This document shows positions 1-13,246 of a stretch of DNA of 64,000 nucleotides, one piece after another. Under the pieces are notes generated by a model. The model had not been told where the DNA came from. It made no database searches and saw only the letters and a program-made list of their open reading frames with translations. The stretch is from Amoebophrya sp. A120. Lineage: Eukaryota > Protista > Dinoflagellata. The stretch is taken from positions 7,096,358 to 7,160,357 of the forward strand of contig CAJINV010000004.1 of NCBI GenBank assembly GCA_905178155.1, in the 5' to 3' direction. Position 1 is the stretch's first letter. Every line of letters starts with the position of its first letter. Position numbers and translations under genes: made by a program.

Positions 1-2052
1 ACAAGCGCTTTTCGGTCTGCGTCTCGCCGTATCAAGTGTAAAAGTGTCTGGGTCTGGAAGATTGCGAGATTTGTCATGCATATTTCGGATCACGCAAATG
101 GCGTCTGATGCAGGCAAAAGCATCACAGGTTTTGAGCACGCCTCATGATGCCTCTGCCGCATGAGAAACTTCCTACTTGCGTGCCAAGAAATGGACAGCT
201 TTTGGCGCTCATGCAACACAAATTTTTGTGTGTTCCAGAGTTTGCGTCACAAGTTCCAACCCTTCCACACCCAGACATTTTTGCATTTGATACGCCGTGA
301 CTCGCTCGAGTGCATCGAGTCAAACCACTTGAAAGCAGCGGCATCGTCGTGCCGGAACAGCTGGACCCGCAGCCGTCTCGCGTATCTCTCCCGCTGCTCC
401 CACGCGAAATACCGCCCGCCGAAAAGCTTCTCGTGCTTGGCCCATTCCCGCTGCGGGAGCGAGAAGATGGCCGTCGTAATTGCCAAAATCACACCGATAT
501 GGATTGCAAATATGTCTGGGTCTGGAAGATTCCGAGATTTGTCATGCGGTTTTTACAAGCTCTGCCAAGTCTGGAATGCAGGGCGTAGCGTCACAGATTC
601 TGCAGCCCCTTGGTGATGCCTACTCTGCATGAGAAATGCCCTCTCAGCATGGCCAGAAATGGGGACCTTTTGCAAGTCATGCAACACAGATTTGTGTATG
701 ATCCGCAACACGCATCACAAGTTTGCATCCTTCCAGACCCAGACATTTTTGCGTTTGATAGCTGATCTGCTTTTTCCGGTTGTAGAGCTCGTCGATTTTA
801 TCCCGCGCAGTTTCATCGCTTTCGTATCAAGTGCAAAAAAGTCTGAATCTGGAAACTTGTAATGCTCGGTTGGGAATAGTGAATGCTCTGCAATGCACAG
901 CCCAGCATGAGAAATATCTGCGCTACTTAGTGTTGCGCTCTTCGCATGACAAGCTGCGTTTTTGCATGACACCAGGCAAAAGGCTCTCTTCTTGGACACG
1001 CATCACAAACTCCCCAGTCATGCCAGACAAGCATGACAAACTTGCATCCACATTCTTCCAGACCTCCCAGACATTTTTGCATTTGATATTTCGGCTTGTT
1101 CGGCTTGTCCCCCGAACGGCAACCACGTTTCTGGCAGAAGCTCAGGACAGTATTTCTTCGCCTCTTCGTATTCTTTCAACCCGGCGTGCGCTTTCAGCTC
1201 CAGCAGCAGGCTCTCGATGACCTCCCAGCTGCGGTCGTATAGGAAGCTTTGACCTTGTTCCAGGGTGAGGTTTTCAAAGACGTCCTGCAGCTGGTCCCCG
1301 AAAGCATCACCACTTTTGAAAACCTCCTCCGCAGGTCTTCCCGCCAAAAATTTCTCGCGGTCGAACTCCCCCGCAGAGATCACGAACTGGAAGTATGGAG
1401 TTGTAGAACGACGGGTTATTTTTCGGCGTTTTTTGTTGTTATTGTTAACGCTTGCTGCAGCAACATCCCGCTGGTCGTCATAGTCATCAGCTTCCTCAGC
1501 CTGATCTCCGTAGTAGTCAATCTCGGTTGCGGGGTCCAAAAACGCCTCTGGGTGATCATGCTCATAGGGAACAAGGCTGTCTGGTGCGGAGGTCCCACGT
1601 GTACTAGTTCCTGTGGACGAGGTAATATTTTGATTGCTCTTCCCTTCCATCGCAACTGCGAGATCATCTTCATCGTGGTAAGGCTCCTCCTGCTCAGCAT
1701 CATTATCATTTTCCCAACACTCTTCTTCATCCCCCGCCCTCCAATACAGCCACTTTAAACGATGGACCGGCGGCCGCAGCTCTTCTTCGGCCAAAATGGC
1801 GTCGAGAATGACGTCTTGGTTGCACAGATCTGCGACTGTTCTTACTTTTGTCGGGTCCACAAGCTGTTCGACGACTTTGGAGCCACTCATGTTACGAATC
1901 TTGATGGTGCGGAGCCGTTTTTTAACATTGGCTTTATTCGAGGAAGTTGTGGAGGTGGAGTTACTGGAGGTGGTTGCAGGAACTGCGTGGTTCGCTGCGT
2001 TCCCAGTCGTGTTTGAGTTTGACATTGCCGTGCCCATGGTGTTCTGGTTCAT
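1..2052 (-). CDS. Hypothetical protein (3'-partial, runs off the window), interrupted by three family A introners
   Basis: The 344-aa ORF 1018..2052 continues in frame through 761-824 (ESDETARDKIDELYNRKKQI) and 293-497 (GVILAITTAIFSLPQREW...) when each element plus one DR is removed. No family recognised. Confidence 0.7.
30..292. mobile_element. Introner family A (263 bp)
   Basis: TATCAAGTGTAAAAGTGTCTGGGTCTGGAAG...CCCAGACATTTTTGCATTTGATA; DR CGCCG. Confidence 0.9.
498..760. mobile_element. Introner family A (263 bp)
   Basis: Family A TIRs; imperfect DR ACCGA/GCTGA. Confidence 0.85.
825..1088. mobile_element. Introner family A (264 bp)
   Basis: Family A TIRs; DR TTTCG; interior closely similar to 35697-35949. 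Confidence 0.9.
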
Positions 2053-3297
2053 AATGTTAATGTCTTTGGCGGTGTAGTAGGAACTTCGAAATAAATCGGC
2101 GCTGGGGTAATTAGTTACTGCTTATGCGAGTAGTGAGGGAAAAAAAAAGGAAAAGGACCTCGTAGCTCCGATTCGAAAAAAGAAAAAGTAAAAACAAAAT
2201 ACAAATCCGCCTGGGGAGCAGGTATAATTTTTTGTGCGAATCGTGTGGGAGTCGTCAGGAGAGGGGGCAATCAAAGTGGTAAATCGAGGTGACCTGACAG
2301 AACTGCACCTGTATCTGGATCGCTATTTTTTCATACGTACATTTATATTTCAGTAAAACAAAGCCAAGAGGAGTGGTAAAAATAGATCCAGACACCAACA
2401 CCATTAGCACGGCCTATTTTGCGTTATTGTGAGAACTAGTACTTTCAGTTATGAAACTAATTCTAGATTGATACGATATCTTTTCAGGCGTTGACGAGCA
2501 AGAATTTTCGTACGTCTTCTTGGTCCTTGTTGACACCGACATGCCCAGTCAAATACCGAGAATCTATCACGACCAACCTGTTTATACTACATCCGACGCC
2601 ATCGAATAAACCGATAGAAAAAGTAGACAACAAGAAAGCTGCTCGTGCTCGTCCTAGTAGTGGTGCATTATTTCGTAAAATGACGACGACGAGGAAAACT
2701 ATTCATATATAAAGCCTGCGTCTCCTGCGCGGTGTTCAACTTGTCTTCAAGCATCCGCCACCTGATGATGTACCTTAGTACCCTGCTCACCGAGAGCTCT
2801 GACACGAAATCAAAAACTGACGAAAGACAAAGAGGGAAACGGAACGGAAACCATCAAAAATAAAATTATCATAGAACGCTACCACTTGCACTTACGTAGG
2901 TCACGGAAGGAAGGAAACGGAGGATCACAAAACTAGCCTACGATAAGACAAACAAGTAAAACAAGAACTCCCTTATGTAGTCACCAGTCTGCTCAGCTCT
3001 GAGTGCCAGCATCAGCAGACCTCCAATGCAGGAGCACGACGATGCTCCTGACGCAGACCAACGTCTCGGTCTGCTCGTACCATGTTTTTTCTTTTTCTTT
3101 TGTCGCTTTTCTTTTCTTTTATGTTGAAAAACTCGTCGTTTGTACAAGTTGACAGAGACAACAAGTTGTGCTGATGCTGCTCGAGAGCAGCAACGATGCT
3201 CTGTAGCTTGTTGAGCTCCACCAGATGCGCTCCACCAAAAGCATCATCTCCTGCACCTGCAGTCCTCTGGCCCGCTTTTTTAGTACTAAACTCAACC

Positions 3298-6200
3298 TCA
3301 GCCATCAAAGCCGTGGTGGCCGCAGAGGAGGAACAGCGGGAAATAAACCTTCTTCTCAATCTGGCTGCACCAGTTCCAGCAACTTGTCAGACGTCCGTCA
3401 ACGCAGCTGCCACCGTCGTCGCCGCTTCCATCGAAGCCGTGGCGGAAGAAGTCGCGGAGGATGAGCTTTTGTGCCGATTCGACGCCGCCAAACTTGTCGA
3501 TAAATTCTCGCACCTTCTGCTTGTCCTCCTCTTCATCCCCCACCCCCTGCTGGTAAAGGATGGGCAGCTTTTCGATGACCTTCACCAGCGGGCCAAGTAT
3601 TCTCGGCACTTGCACGTACTTGTCGATGAAGACAAGCGCATTGGGGACGTCGCGGTCACCTGAAAAATATATGGCGGTTTGTGATAGAATGATTTTTTTC
3701 GTGGTGAGGAGCATAACAACCCCTACTAAGTACCTACAGGTGGCAAGCGAATTTATCTGGATTTATTTTCGAGGCCTCCTCCTCGTTGCGGCGGAATCAA
3801 TAGGACTCGACTGTTCGTGTATGTGCCTGTGCGAATAAAAATCTATAGAACAGCACAACAATAAATATCCCTTATCAATACCTAAGTGCACGACGCTGAG
3901 CCCCACCCAGCTTTGCCCCTTTCGGCCGACATCCTGCTGGGTCATGCGGAGTATTTCTCCCATGGCGTTTCGCACCGCTGGTGACTGCTGCATGCGGTTC
4001 AAGCCCTGACCAGTGTCGGCGAGCCGGTAGCGGTTGTCCAGCATGTCTTGATCCGCGTTGTGCCACAGCTGGACCATATTCCGCATAATATTGCGCCACA
4101 GGGTCAGGGATTGGTTCACGAACCTGGGTAAACGGATTTTTCGGTTGTTTTCGACTTCTAGCTCGTTCATCGCGCCGTTCTTTTTTTGGATCATGCACGG
4201 AAGAGTCAGAGATGAGTGTGAAGCAGGAGTGCCACACTGCTCTGGCTAGCATGAGCTCCCTCGGCCTCGTGGTCCGTCAGCGCGACCAAGACCTCCAAGA
4301 GCTAATGTTATGAAAAAACCACCCAAGAAGTAGAAAAATAAAAACAGCATATAAAACTATAACTAAATCACCACCACTAGCACTAGTATAGCCAGAAGTC
4401 TTTGATACTTGTATTGCGTTTCGTGCGAGTGGCTCAAGCAACTCCCGCCCCGTCCTGAGCGTATGCTCAAGTCGTCGCTTTCGTGTCGGGGTTGTTGTGG
4501 CTTGAAGAATTTCTCCTGGAGGTCGATCATCTTTTGCACCGGCCCGGCGTGCTGGTCGACGAAGGTGTTGTGATCCTGAAGGGACTTGAGGATGCACTCG
4601 ACCTCCGCGATGGTCATCTTTTTCCTTTCGACCTTGTTCCCGCCGGTCTTCTGCTTTTCCTGTTCCTCCTCCTCTGCTTCCTCCTATACAAGAAAAAAAC
4701 TGTGTGAGTGTAGGTGTCTTGGAGAGACAGCATGACAAATTTGCTCTACATGACAGAGAAAACCTGTCATGCGCAGGCTGTTCGTGAAAACACACACGAA
4801 AACAGGAGTTGATGGCAGGCTGACCAGCATGACAGGTGTATATTGTGTTGTGTGTTTTGCATCACAGATTTACACTCACATAGTTTTTTTCTTGCATACC
4901 TCCGTTATTGTCTTCAACAGATCCGCAACGCTGCTGCCCTGGTTGGCTGGGGCGGGTTGGCGGCCATACCTGAGGTTGTAGACGTTTATTTTTTACGCGT
5001 GCCACTGTGACTAGTCTAGTATTGATCATGCGCAAGAACATTTGCCAATCAATCTAAAATCTTGTTTTGAACGCAAATCGGAGTCATGAAGCTGCTGCTG
5101 CAGTCAAAAATTATCTTTATACTTTGCTTTTATCTTTTCGACCGCGTCCTGTTTTTTCTTTTTTGCCGCGTCCAGGTCGGCTCGGGGCAGAGGATTCCCC
5201 TTCGCGTCAGTCTCGGAGATCTCGACTATTGCGTGTTTCAATAACGGCTCCTTCAAAAACGCTTCCGCGTCTTTCCGGTCCTTCTCCATCAGCAACTCGT
5301 AAACCGTCCGAACTCCGCCCCGCACGGGATCGAAGCCCAGCCAGTTCCCCGTTTGCTTGGCATCCATTAACACCCACATCATTTTTCCGTACGTCGACCG
5401 CATTTGGCTCGGGTTTAAAATTTTCGCCCGCCTCCCGAGTTCGAACACCCGCTGGAACAGCTTCTCGTTCTGGTCGTGACCGTGGTTGTGTTGTCGTTGT
5501 TTTCGGGCGCCGATTCCTCGGCCGTTTACTCTAGTATTCCCGTTAGCCATTTCGTCGTCGTTTTCTAGCAGCCGGAACTGCTTGACCGCCCTGTCGTAGC
5601 TATTGGCGACAATCATGCCGGCAATGCCGTTGCAGAGCTCGAGAATTTCCTCGACTATGGTGTCGGTCTTGTTTCCCCGAATTGCAAGCACGTCAATCTT
5701 ATCGGTGTACCTGCGAATTGAAGGACAAAATTCGTCATGTTGTGTTTCATGTTCATCTTCATGCAACACAAAATCATAACGAGAAATCCTGTCCACTTTT
5801 CCTGTTTTTGAATCTGCAAGAAGAAGACCCTTCATAAGCAAGCAACAGAACAAAACCTCCTACAACCTCTGCATCAAGACAAGAAAGCCAACCTCAAGAA
5901 CACTCAAAATTCCTCATCTAAGTAGCAAGTACTCCGAGACTTGCAGGGCCGCTTCCAGTATTTTCCAGACTTGCCGCTCCGCTTCCGTCATGCGCAAGGG
6001 CGCGTGCTTGGTCGTTTTCACGAGCTCCCGCGCGAAATCCGTAATTTCATGGTCTTCCAGAGCCTCCTGGTCTTCCGCCTGGAGTGCGGCCTGTGCGAAT
6101 TTCTCCTGAAATTCTCTCTCCTTTTGCAACACGTCCGCAAAGTGCTGGCACTCCTTTGCCACCGCCTGGTCGTCGGAGATTTTTTTCAAAATGGTGATGA

Positions 6201-6327
6201 GCTCCTCCTGCGTTATCCCGTCGTCGGTCAGCAGCATGTCCATATCGGCATCCAGCATCTCGTTCAACCTGGCGGTCGAGGAGGACGACCCGGACGTGCC
6301 GGTTTGGATACCGTTGGCGACGGCCAT
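3298..6327 (-). CDS. DUF2009/UPF0652-family protein, multi-exon
   Basis: Exon peptides [99 protein letters not shown] and FRHGFDGSGDDGGSCVDGRLTSCWNWC match DUF2009 motifs as I recall them. Confidence 0.85.
4685..4898. mobile_element. Introner family I (214 bp)
   Basis: TATACAAGAAAAAAAACTGTGTGAGTGTA...TACACTCACATAGTTTTTTTTCTTGCATA; DR CCTCC. Confidence 0.9.
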
Positions 6328-7743
6328 GTTGGCTAGTGTTGCTGTAGCTGGTGCTGCTGGTCCTCCTTCACTTCTCGGCGTGGCGGCTTTGGTTCAAGGT
6401 TTATACGACGTGTAGGGCCAGCGCCAGTTATTTTTGGCGGGGCGAGGTCTTTATTTGCTCACTTTTGCTGGTGCGAGGTCGTCGTGGTCGCTACTTTGAG
6501 TTTGACTTTTGCTTCGTAGTTCTTCTTTCAGCCTACTTTGAACATGATGTGGCGGTATCTATGAGACAAAACAACACAAAGGACTACTGCAGTTTTCTGC
6601 GGTTTTTTTGGGAGGGGGTTCGTAAAACTAGGAGGATGCCAATGCGGAGGCCAGAGGAAAAAAAAATTCAAGGATATTGAGGTCGCTGCTACAGTTTTTT
6701 TTTTGCAAGGACACCAGAGCATTGGAGGTTTCTTCACGTCATCATGTAATCCGAATTCACTGTCACTTTATTCCTTGATCCTATCATTCAAATTCGGCTC
6801 GTACTCAAATTTGCGCATTCGCCTCTGCGCTCTCCAAGAAGGATTCGAACAACGAAGAGCAAAATTTTGTGTTCTGCTGTAGTACTTTTTTGCGTAGCCT
6901 TTACAGCTGCACGATCGCAATAATTGCACCCGCTGCGAATGATGCAGTGGCTCTTGGTTAATCTTGTGGGTCTGACATTTGCATCTCGAGTTCTTTGGTT
7001 TCTTGAAAACAATTCAAGTCGTTTGTTGGTAAATTCGTCGTGATCGTACTACAATCTCTGGCTTCATCGTCCCATGTCATCTCCCATCATGCCGAGGACA
7101 TCTACTCATTTGTCGCACTGCCATGTCGGCAGGTGGCAAGTCGTACGGGATTCATTTCAAGCGCTCGACCACGAGTCCTCTTGTTTTTCAACAGATTACC
7201 ATAGTACTTCTGGGTTTTTGGTATAGACCAATTGGTGACAAATGTTGTCTCTAGATATAACTATGCCTGGCGTCTTTACTATCGCATAATTCCGGTGCAG
7301 CAACATCTCAAATTTTGAAATATTTCCGCATCGCCTCCTCCACGGCCAGTTACTATAACTAGAAGGACCTCTGTCATAGCTGGAGTTTTTTCTCACATAC
7401 TGCGTTTGGTTGGGGTCTTTATTGAGTAGTTTAGTGTACAAAAAAAAGCAGAATTGCAAAATGTATGGAAAGTACAAATCAGATGGTCCTACTGACGCGG
7501 TATTGATATCATACAAATCTTGTGAAAGAGTATACAATGATCAAAAGTTGTTTCGATTTCGTGTGTAAAAAACGTAAGACAAGTAACAAAGTATTCAAAA
7601 CTCTACTAATTGTAGTTCTCACCTTCTCGTCGCCCATTGTAAAATACTTTTCCCTCCTCCCAATTACAGTTACATCCCTTTGGAGGTCCGTAAACTACAC
7701 GAGCGCAAGTGCAAGCTCACCACACCTCGCAAGAAGAACGGGT

Positions 7744-8896
7744 TTACACCATCCCGATCAACTGAAAGAAAATTGGATAGCGAAAGTACATGAAGTCGCC
7801 CGCGCTGACCCGGAAGTTTGGGTTCCAGGCGCCACCGAAGGACGGCAGGGAGATGGAGGGCATGGAAATCGCTGGCATGGAGATCTCCGGAAGGGAAAAC
7901 GCTGGCCCGGTGTCCGCACCCAGAGCCATGTTGCTCACCCTGTGGTATGTTGATCGGCATTTTATCGAGAAGATTCTTTACGATTCAATTAGGCCACGAC
8001 CGTGCATGATCTTCAGCTAAAGTATCACAAACATAGTTGTGTTGAAATACACACATCAAACTCCGGGTTCATTGGAGGTGAACAAACAAGAACAACACAT
8101 CAAAAGCAAAATAATACAGTTCCGTCGGATCGGACTCCAACAGCAGAGCGACGATGGTCAATCCGAACATGATCTATCCACAGTAAATTTCCTGTACACG
8201 TACAAATGCAGTATCTGCAAGACAAAACTTGCCTTCAATCCTAGTGTAGCATGACAAGTTGGACACTGCAACTTAGCGAAATTTGTCATGCATTTTGTAC
8301 ATGTACAGGAAATTTACATTGCATATGATCAGCGCGAAGAGCAACATCAAGTCGCCGATGAAGGACCCAGATTCGTATTCCGAGTAGACAGATGTGCCGT
8401 CACTTCGGAGAGACATGGTAGTCCCCTGCGTCATCATCGTTCCGTCGGCGCCTGTAGTCGGTTTCGGTAGCTTTTATTTTTGCATAACAAGAACTGCAAC
8501 ACGAATTTCTCATGCCTCATCTCGTGGATAATTTCACAGATGTAGAAATTGATACGTCCTATCACAACTTCAATGATCTACAGTTTCTCATAGTCATGCT
8601 TCATTCTTCCACAATAAAGAAAGAAATAACATACGCATGCTGTTCTTCAGGTCATCCGAGCTCATCTGCATGCCAAAGATCCGCTTGAAAAAGTTCGGAA
8701 TCCGGCCGGTGCGCATGATCGGCTCCGGGGCTTCGGGCTCCTGCGAGTACAGCCCCACCTTGCCGCTCACGTCGCCACCGATGGAGCCGGCGCGGACGCC
8801 CGGGGCCGCCTTGTTGAAGGCGCCCTGCTGGAACATCTGCGCGCGGTCCTTCACGGGGGCCCGCATGGCCACGGTTGAACGGACGGGCTGCGCCAT
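7744..8896 (-). CDS. Small unknown protein with a hydrophobic segment, multi-exon, one introner
   Basis: MAQPVRSTVAMRAP... joins ADGTMMTQG...FIGDLMLLFALI, then MFGLTIVALLLESDPTEL across the 8175-8325 element, then probably IFSIKC...MALGADTGPAFSL...GMV*. The last junction is uncertain. Confidence 0.55.
8175..8325. mobile_element. Introner family B (151 bp)
   Basis: TATCCACAGTAAATTTCCTGTACA...TGTACAGGAAATTTACATTGCATA; DR TGATC. Confidence 0.9.
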
Positions 8897-9141
8897 TTTT
8901 TTGTTTTGTGGTGGTCTGAGTTCTTTTCAAAAGTTTTCGTTTTAGTTTAGCAGGATACTTCCTCGTACTTTTCTTGAGAAGATTTGTTTTGAAAGTTAAG
9001 TTTTAGAGGCGATAACGGGGTTGTTGCGTTCTTCTGACGTCACTGAAGTAGAATTAGGGATTTTATTTGGAGGCAGATTGGTTGTACAGCTGTGCTCACG
9101 ACCAGCAAAGACGGCGCCAATAGGAGTTGGTGACGGTGTGA

Positions 9142-9447
9142 TATGGAACTGTCAGGATTGAAATGGACAAAGTTGAAATGATTTGCCATGCATAAAGTGG
9201 GTGCCCGTTGGTGTCCAGTTTCTAAGTGGCACATGACAAATTTGGGAAGAGCCGAAGCCCAGTTTGTCATGCTGTTTGGGTAAGGAGGACGCCTTTTGTC
9301 ATGCTACTTTAGCAGCTCTATTGGTACCCTCAACAGGCTTGCAATCTGCTTCCCTTTCCTACTCAGCAAGACAAGCATTTTGTGGCTTGCATTTTATGCA
9401 TCACAAACTATTTCAACTTTGACGATTTCAAACCTGACACTCCCATA
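9142..9447. mobile_element. Introner family C (306 bp), not in a recognisable CDS
   Basis: TATGGAACTGTCAGGATTGAAAT...ATTTCAAACCTGACACTCCCATA; DR TGTGA. Confidence 0.9.
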
Positions 9448-12400
9448 TGTGACAGGGCGAGAATAAAGGACGATGGAGGAAAATTCTGGACGATGCTTTG
9501 AGTGCACGATGTACTAGTGGTCAGGCAGCATTTACAAAGCACAAGTAGAACGAGGACCGATTAATCACTTCATACCGCTGTTAGGACGAATACTTCCACG
9601 GTGATTTGTGAGCAAGTTACCGATACAGTTCCAGTTTTTTTCGTCTTTGTACCAGCATGACAGGCTGCCCGAGTTTCAATTTTTGCTGACCAAGCAAAGT
9701 CAGAGACAGACCGATTCAGCTGGTTTTGTTTTCCTGTGTCGCAGCTTCTTGTTGCATCATGATCAGGACCGATTATTTACGCGACGTGTAGCTCTACTTC
9801 GCGGTTCTTCTACAATGTGGAGGAACACAATATCGAACATCGGGCGCTTGAATCCAAGTGGATTCAATGCGACAGCAGCGCCTTGTATTAGGGAACACCA
9901 TGCCTGCAGTTTTGATTGCAAACTGCAGCATGGCAACCTTGACTATGATTTCTTTTTCTAGCGGAATGATTTATTCTTCATCGTATGGCCTTGGTCAGAA
10001 TCAGATTTTCATCGTTTGCTTTAAACAGGATTTTCCTTTACTTCCTCAAGCCACCCAGTCAGGAAAGGTGCACCTCAACAGTTCACTGAGTAGACTGTTG
10101 GATTTATTCTCTCGGATCAATCACAAAACGTCCTTTTATTTTGTCATGCACATCAACCTCACTCCAACTATAGTAAAGCAAGTTGAAGTTTCGCATCATG
10201 CTGCGATTATACCACCTGCAAGACAAAATAATTCTCGTCCAAACCTCCAAAAATTCTCTCCTTGTTACCAAAGCCAGTTTTCATCTTCGGCTCCTTCTTT
10301 TTTATGCATTTTCTCTTTTTGATAAAAGTCTAACTAGCTAATCGTATTCCATATGCTTAATTTTGAAAATCGTACACGCGACAGCTTAATGGCAGCACGA
10401 CTCGCCCATGTCACCTCCGTGCGCGACTACAAAATCTTAGATCGAAGCGACTGCTAGTCGTTTTTAATAAGAAAAAGATGCAAAGAGGTGAGTAAATACT
10501 GCCATCTCTACCAGCAATAAGTACTCCGCTTGGATGCTGTGGCTTCGTCTCTATTCTACAGCAGGCTCCCCGTGATCAGATCCGAGCAAGCCTGCTGAAA
10601 TGACATGAACCCAGCCCCTGCAGCCGCTATATTTGGCTTGTTTTTAATTGTGAAAGGAATCTATCCGAATAAATCAAATCAATCAGAGTGAGGGCTACTA
10701 CAACTTCGTGAGGACCTTTCGCATTGTACCCGCAAGAACTCTGCTCCAAAACGCCAAAAAAATAGAAGTCTCGTTTCTTCTCCACCACGTGTGTAATTGT
10801 ACAAACATTAACATCATCCGCCCCGATAGGCAGACAGAATCGACTCGCTCGAGCTTTCATTGTGAAAGGCGGGAACGGTCATGCCCTCTGTCAGTCGCAC
10901 GCTGGGCGAAGATAGAGATACAGCGACACTCTATTGCGGAGGACTTCTATTTCTAGTTCTACCCTTTCTTCTGTTCCAAAAAGTTTTATTATCGCAAGGC
11001 GAATACTTTTCCGCTTCATATTTTTTCTTATTGAGCAGCTAGTAGAACTATTTCGTCCTACTTCTTCTACCTTAACAGGTTGTACTATGTTGTCGTTTAG
11101 TCGCTGTCGCTGTCGATGTCGCTAGGTTTGTGTTCTTCTTGTCGTTCTTCTTGTCCTCAAATCATATTCACATTTGCCACCGTGCATAATGTCGTCGAAG
11201 GCAGCAGGGAAAAATGGTTGTAGGAGCGGTTTTTGAAGAATAGAGTCGTCTGGTCGTAGTTCTAATGAGTCGCTGAGGTTGGTGTAGACATCAGCCGGCT
11301 CTACTTCTGCAGAGAGATTTCATTCCGTAGTTAAGAGGGGTGTAGTCTTGCTTCTCTCTCTTTACTCTTCTTTTGATACGTGGTGCGGGGCGCTTTTTTC
11401 TGCTTATCACGATGTAGTCCTCTGGAGTAGCAAGTGTAGCTCTCGCTCTCGGTTGTTGTGCGGAGGTGGTAAGTAGTACACCATGACACATCGAGGGAGC
11501 AAGGCTGTCTAGGAATTTCCTATTTGAAGTAGCTTCTGTCCAAAGTTTTAGTTTTTATTTTACCGGGCAGCAAGTAGTAGCTTGATAGTAGATGCAGAGT
11601 CAGTTGTCAACAACATGTAGCCCTCTGTGCAGCTTTTTATCGAAAAATCACTGTACAGAACTACCAAGGCGCTGCGACGTCGTGCTGCTGCACCGTGAAG
11701 AAGTTTTTTACTAGATCAGGCTCAAAGGGAAAGGAATTGCATTTGCATTTGCAAGTAGTCAGGGAAAATATAACAAGCAGAGATACTTTCGTATACCTGA
11801 CATCATCAAGACATCGGGATGATGAATAGACAGCCCTCAACATAGCTGCACGAGACCCTTGATGTGAGGTACTAGTAGAGATGAAGCCAGAACTACTACG
11901 GCGATTACATAATATTAAGCTTCAGCTGGGCCTACTTCTCAACATCAAGGCTCCTGCTGCAAAATAAATGCTTGCTTCTACTCGGTAAAAGTCGACAAAG
12001 CCGTGGTCTCGTCACAATCAATGAATTTACAATACAACCCGGTGTCCAAACAGGAATTTGCTAAAAGGAAAAAGATGGTACTGGTATTGAGTAGTGGTCT
12101 CGCAGAACTATAATGTTGACCCCACAAGTTTTTATCCTTCTCAGGTGGTATCTTCATGGGGAACAAATAAAGCACTGTGGTAAAAATTCGAGAGTAGACG
12201 ATGACGAGCACAGCTTCAAACAGAGAAGAATCCTAGGGCAGTTTTTTTCGTCGTGCGGGGGTAGGTCGAAGATTTTAACAACGCTACCGCTGACGCCAGT
12301 GCTGTGTAGAAGTTGAAAATATAACAAAGATGATCGGAAATAAGCAGAGCTTACGTGCGTGTAAGTTTTGGTAAAAAGCTATTATCCATCGGCGGAGGTG

Positions 12401-13246
12401 GGGCGGGGGAGAGCAGGCAAAAGATAAAGTCATGTCACTTTTGGACACAATCAGGGAGGGAAGCATAGAATCTTCATGCTGGAAATAAATCATTTGGCGT
12501 GAAGTACTACTAAAAAACTTGGGCGAGCAGGAGGGTAAAAACACGGGATAATTAACCATGGCGGTTGTAGGCCTTCAGTGCTGCGTTTTTTCGGTGCTCA
12601 AAACGAAATGGAAATGCTTCTCATCTGCGCGGCGTGGCCGTGATTCTACGGTCGTTTATAGTATGATTAGAAATCATATACATGATATGCGTAATATAGG
12701 TAATTTGCGTCGTTTCAGAATGTCGCTTCATATTGTAGCAATTTTTCTAGCCGTTCATTTTTGTTGCATATCACTGCCCGAATTTCTCGACCTATACTAG
12801 TACGTACTCAGCTGCACTGTAGTACCCATCGAAGGCCTTCGGAGCTGTACAGATAGCAGCTTATAGTGTACAAGAATCAAAGCCTATTCCAGCTTCCTTC
12901 TATGCGTGTTTGCTTTGTCTTAGAAGTATGTCACTTTCTTCTTATTCTTGTCTATTGCATTTAAACCATATTCGAATTTATTTTGTCTCGTCTCCTCGAG
13001 GTTAATATTTTTCCGTGATTAATATATTCTTTCCTCGTTCTTCTAGTTAGGCAGAGGTGCGCCGCGCTTTTTCATACGAAAATAAACACAGCAGGCACTA
13101 CAGAATGAGAATACTTTTTCTTGCATATTTTTTCTCCTTCTCGCTATTGGTTTCTTTAGGAATTTCTTCAAATTTCTGTTTCCGCGACCTATTCATTGTT
13201 ACGACGCCAACATTGTTGAAGACGATAAGTATCACTTCGTCCTTTC

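Noticed and set aside
30-1088. Recurring 30-bp repeats read as a CRISPR array
   Set aside because: The repeats are inverted pairs with target duplications inside eukaryotic exons, and there are no cas genes.
8997-13246. Long gene written in a code with reassigned stop codons, as reported for one Amoebophrya strain
   Set aside because: Stop density in the frame tested is random-like, no domain is recognisable, and the conserved genes here have no in-frame stops and end at normal TAA, TAG or TGA.
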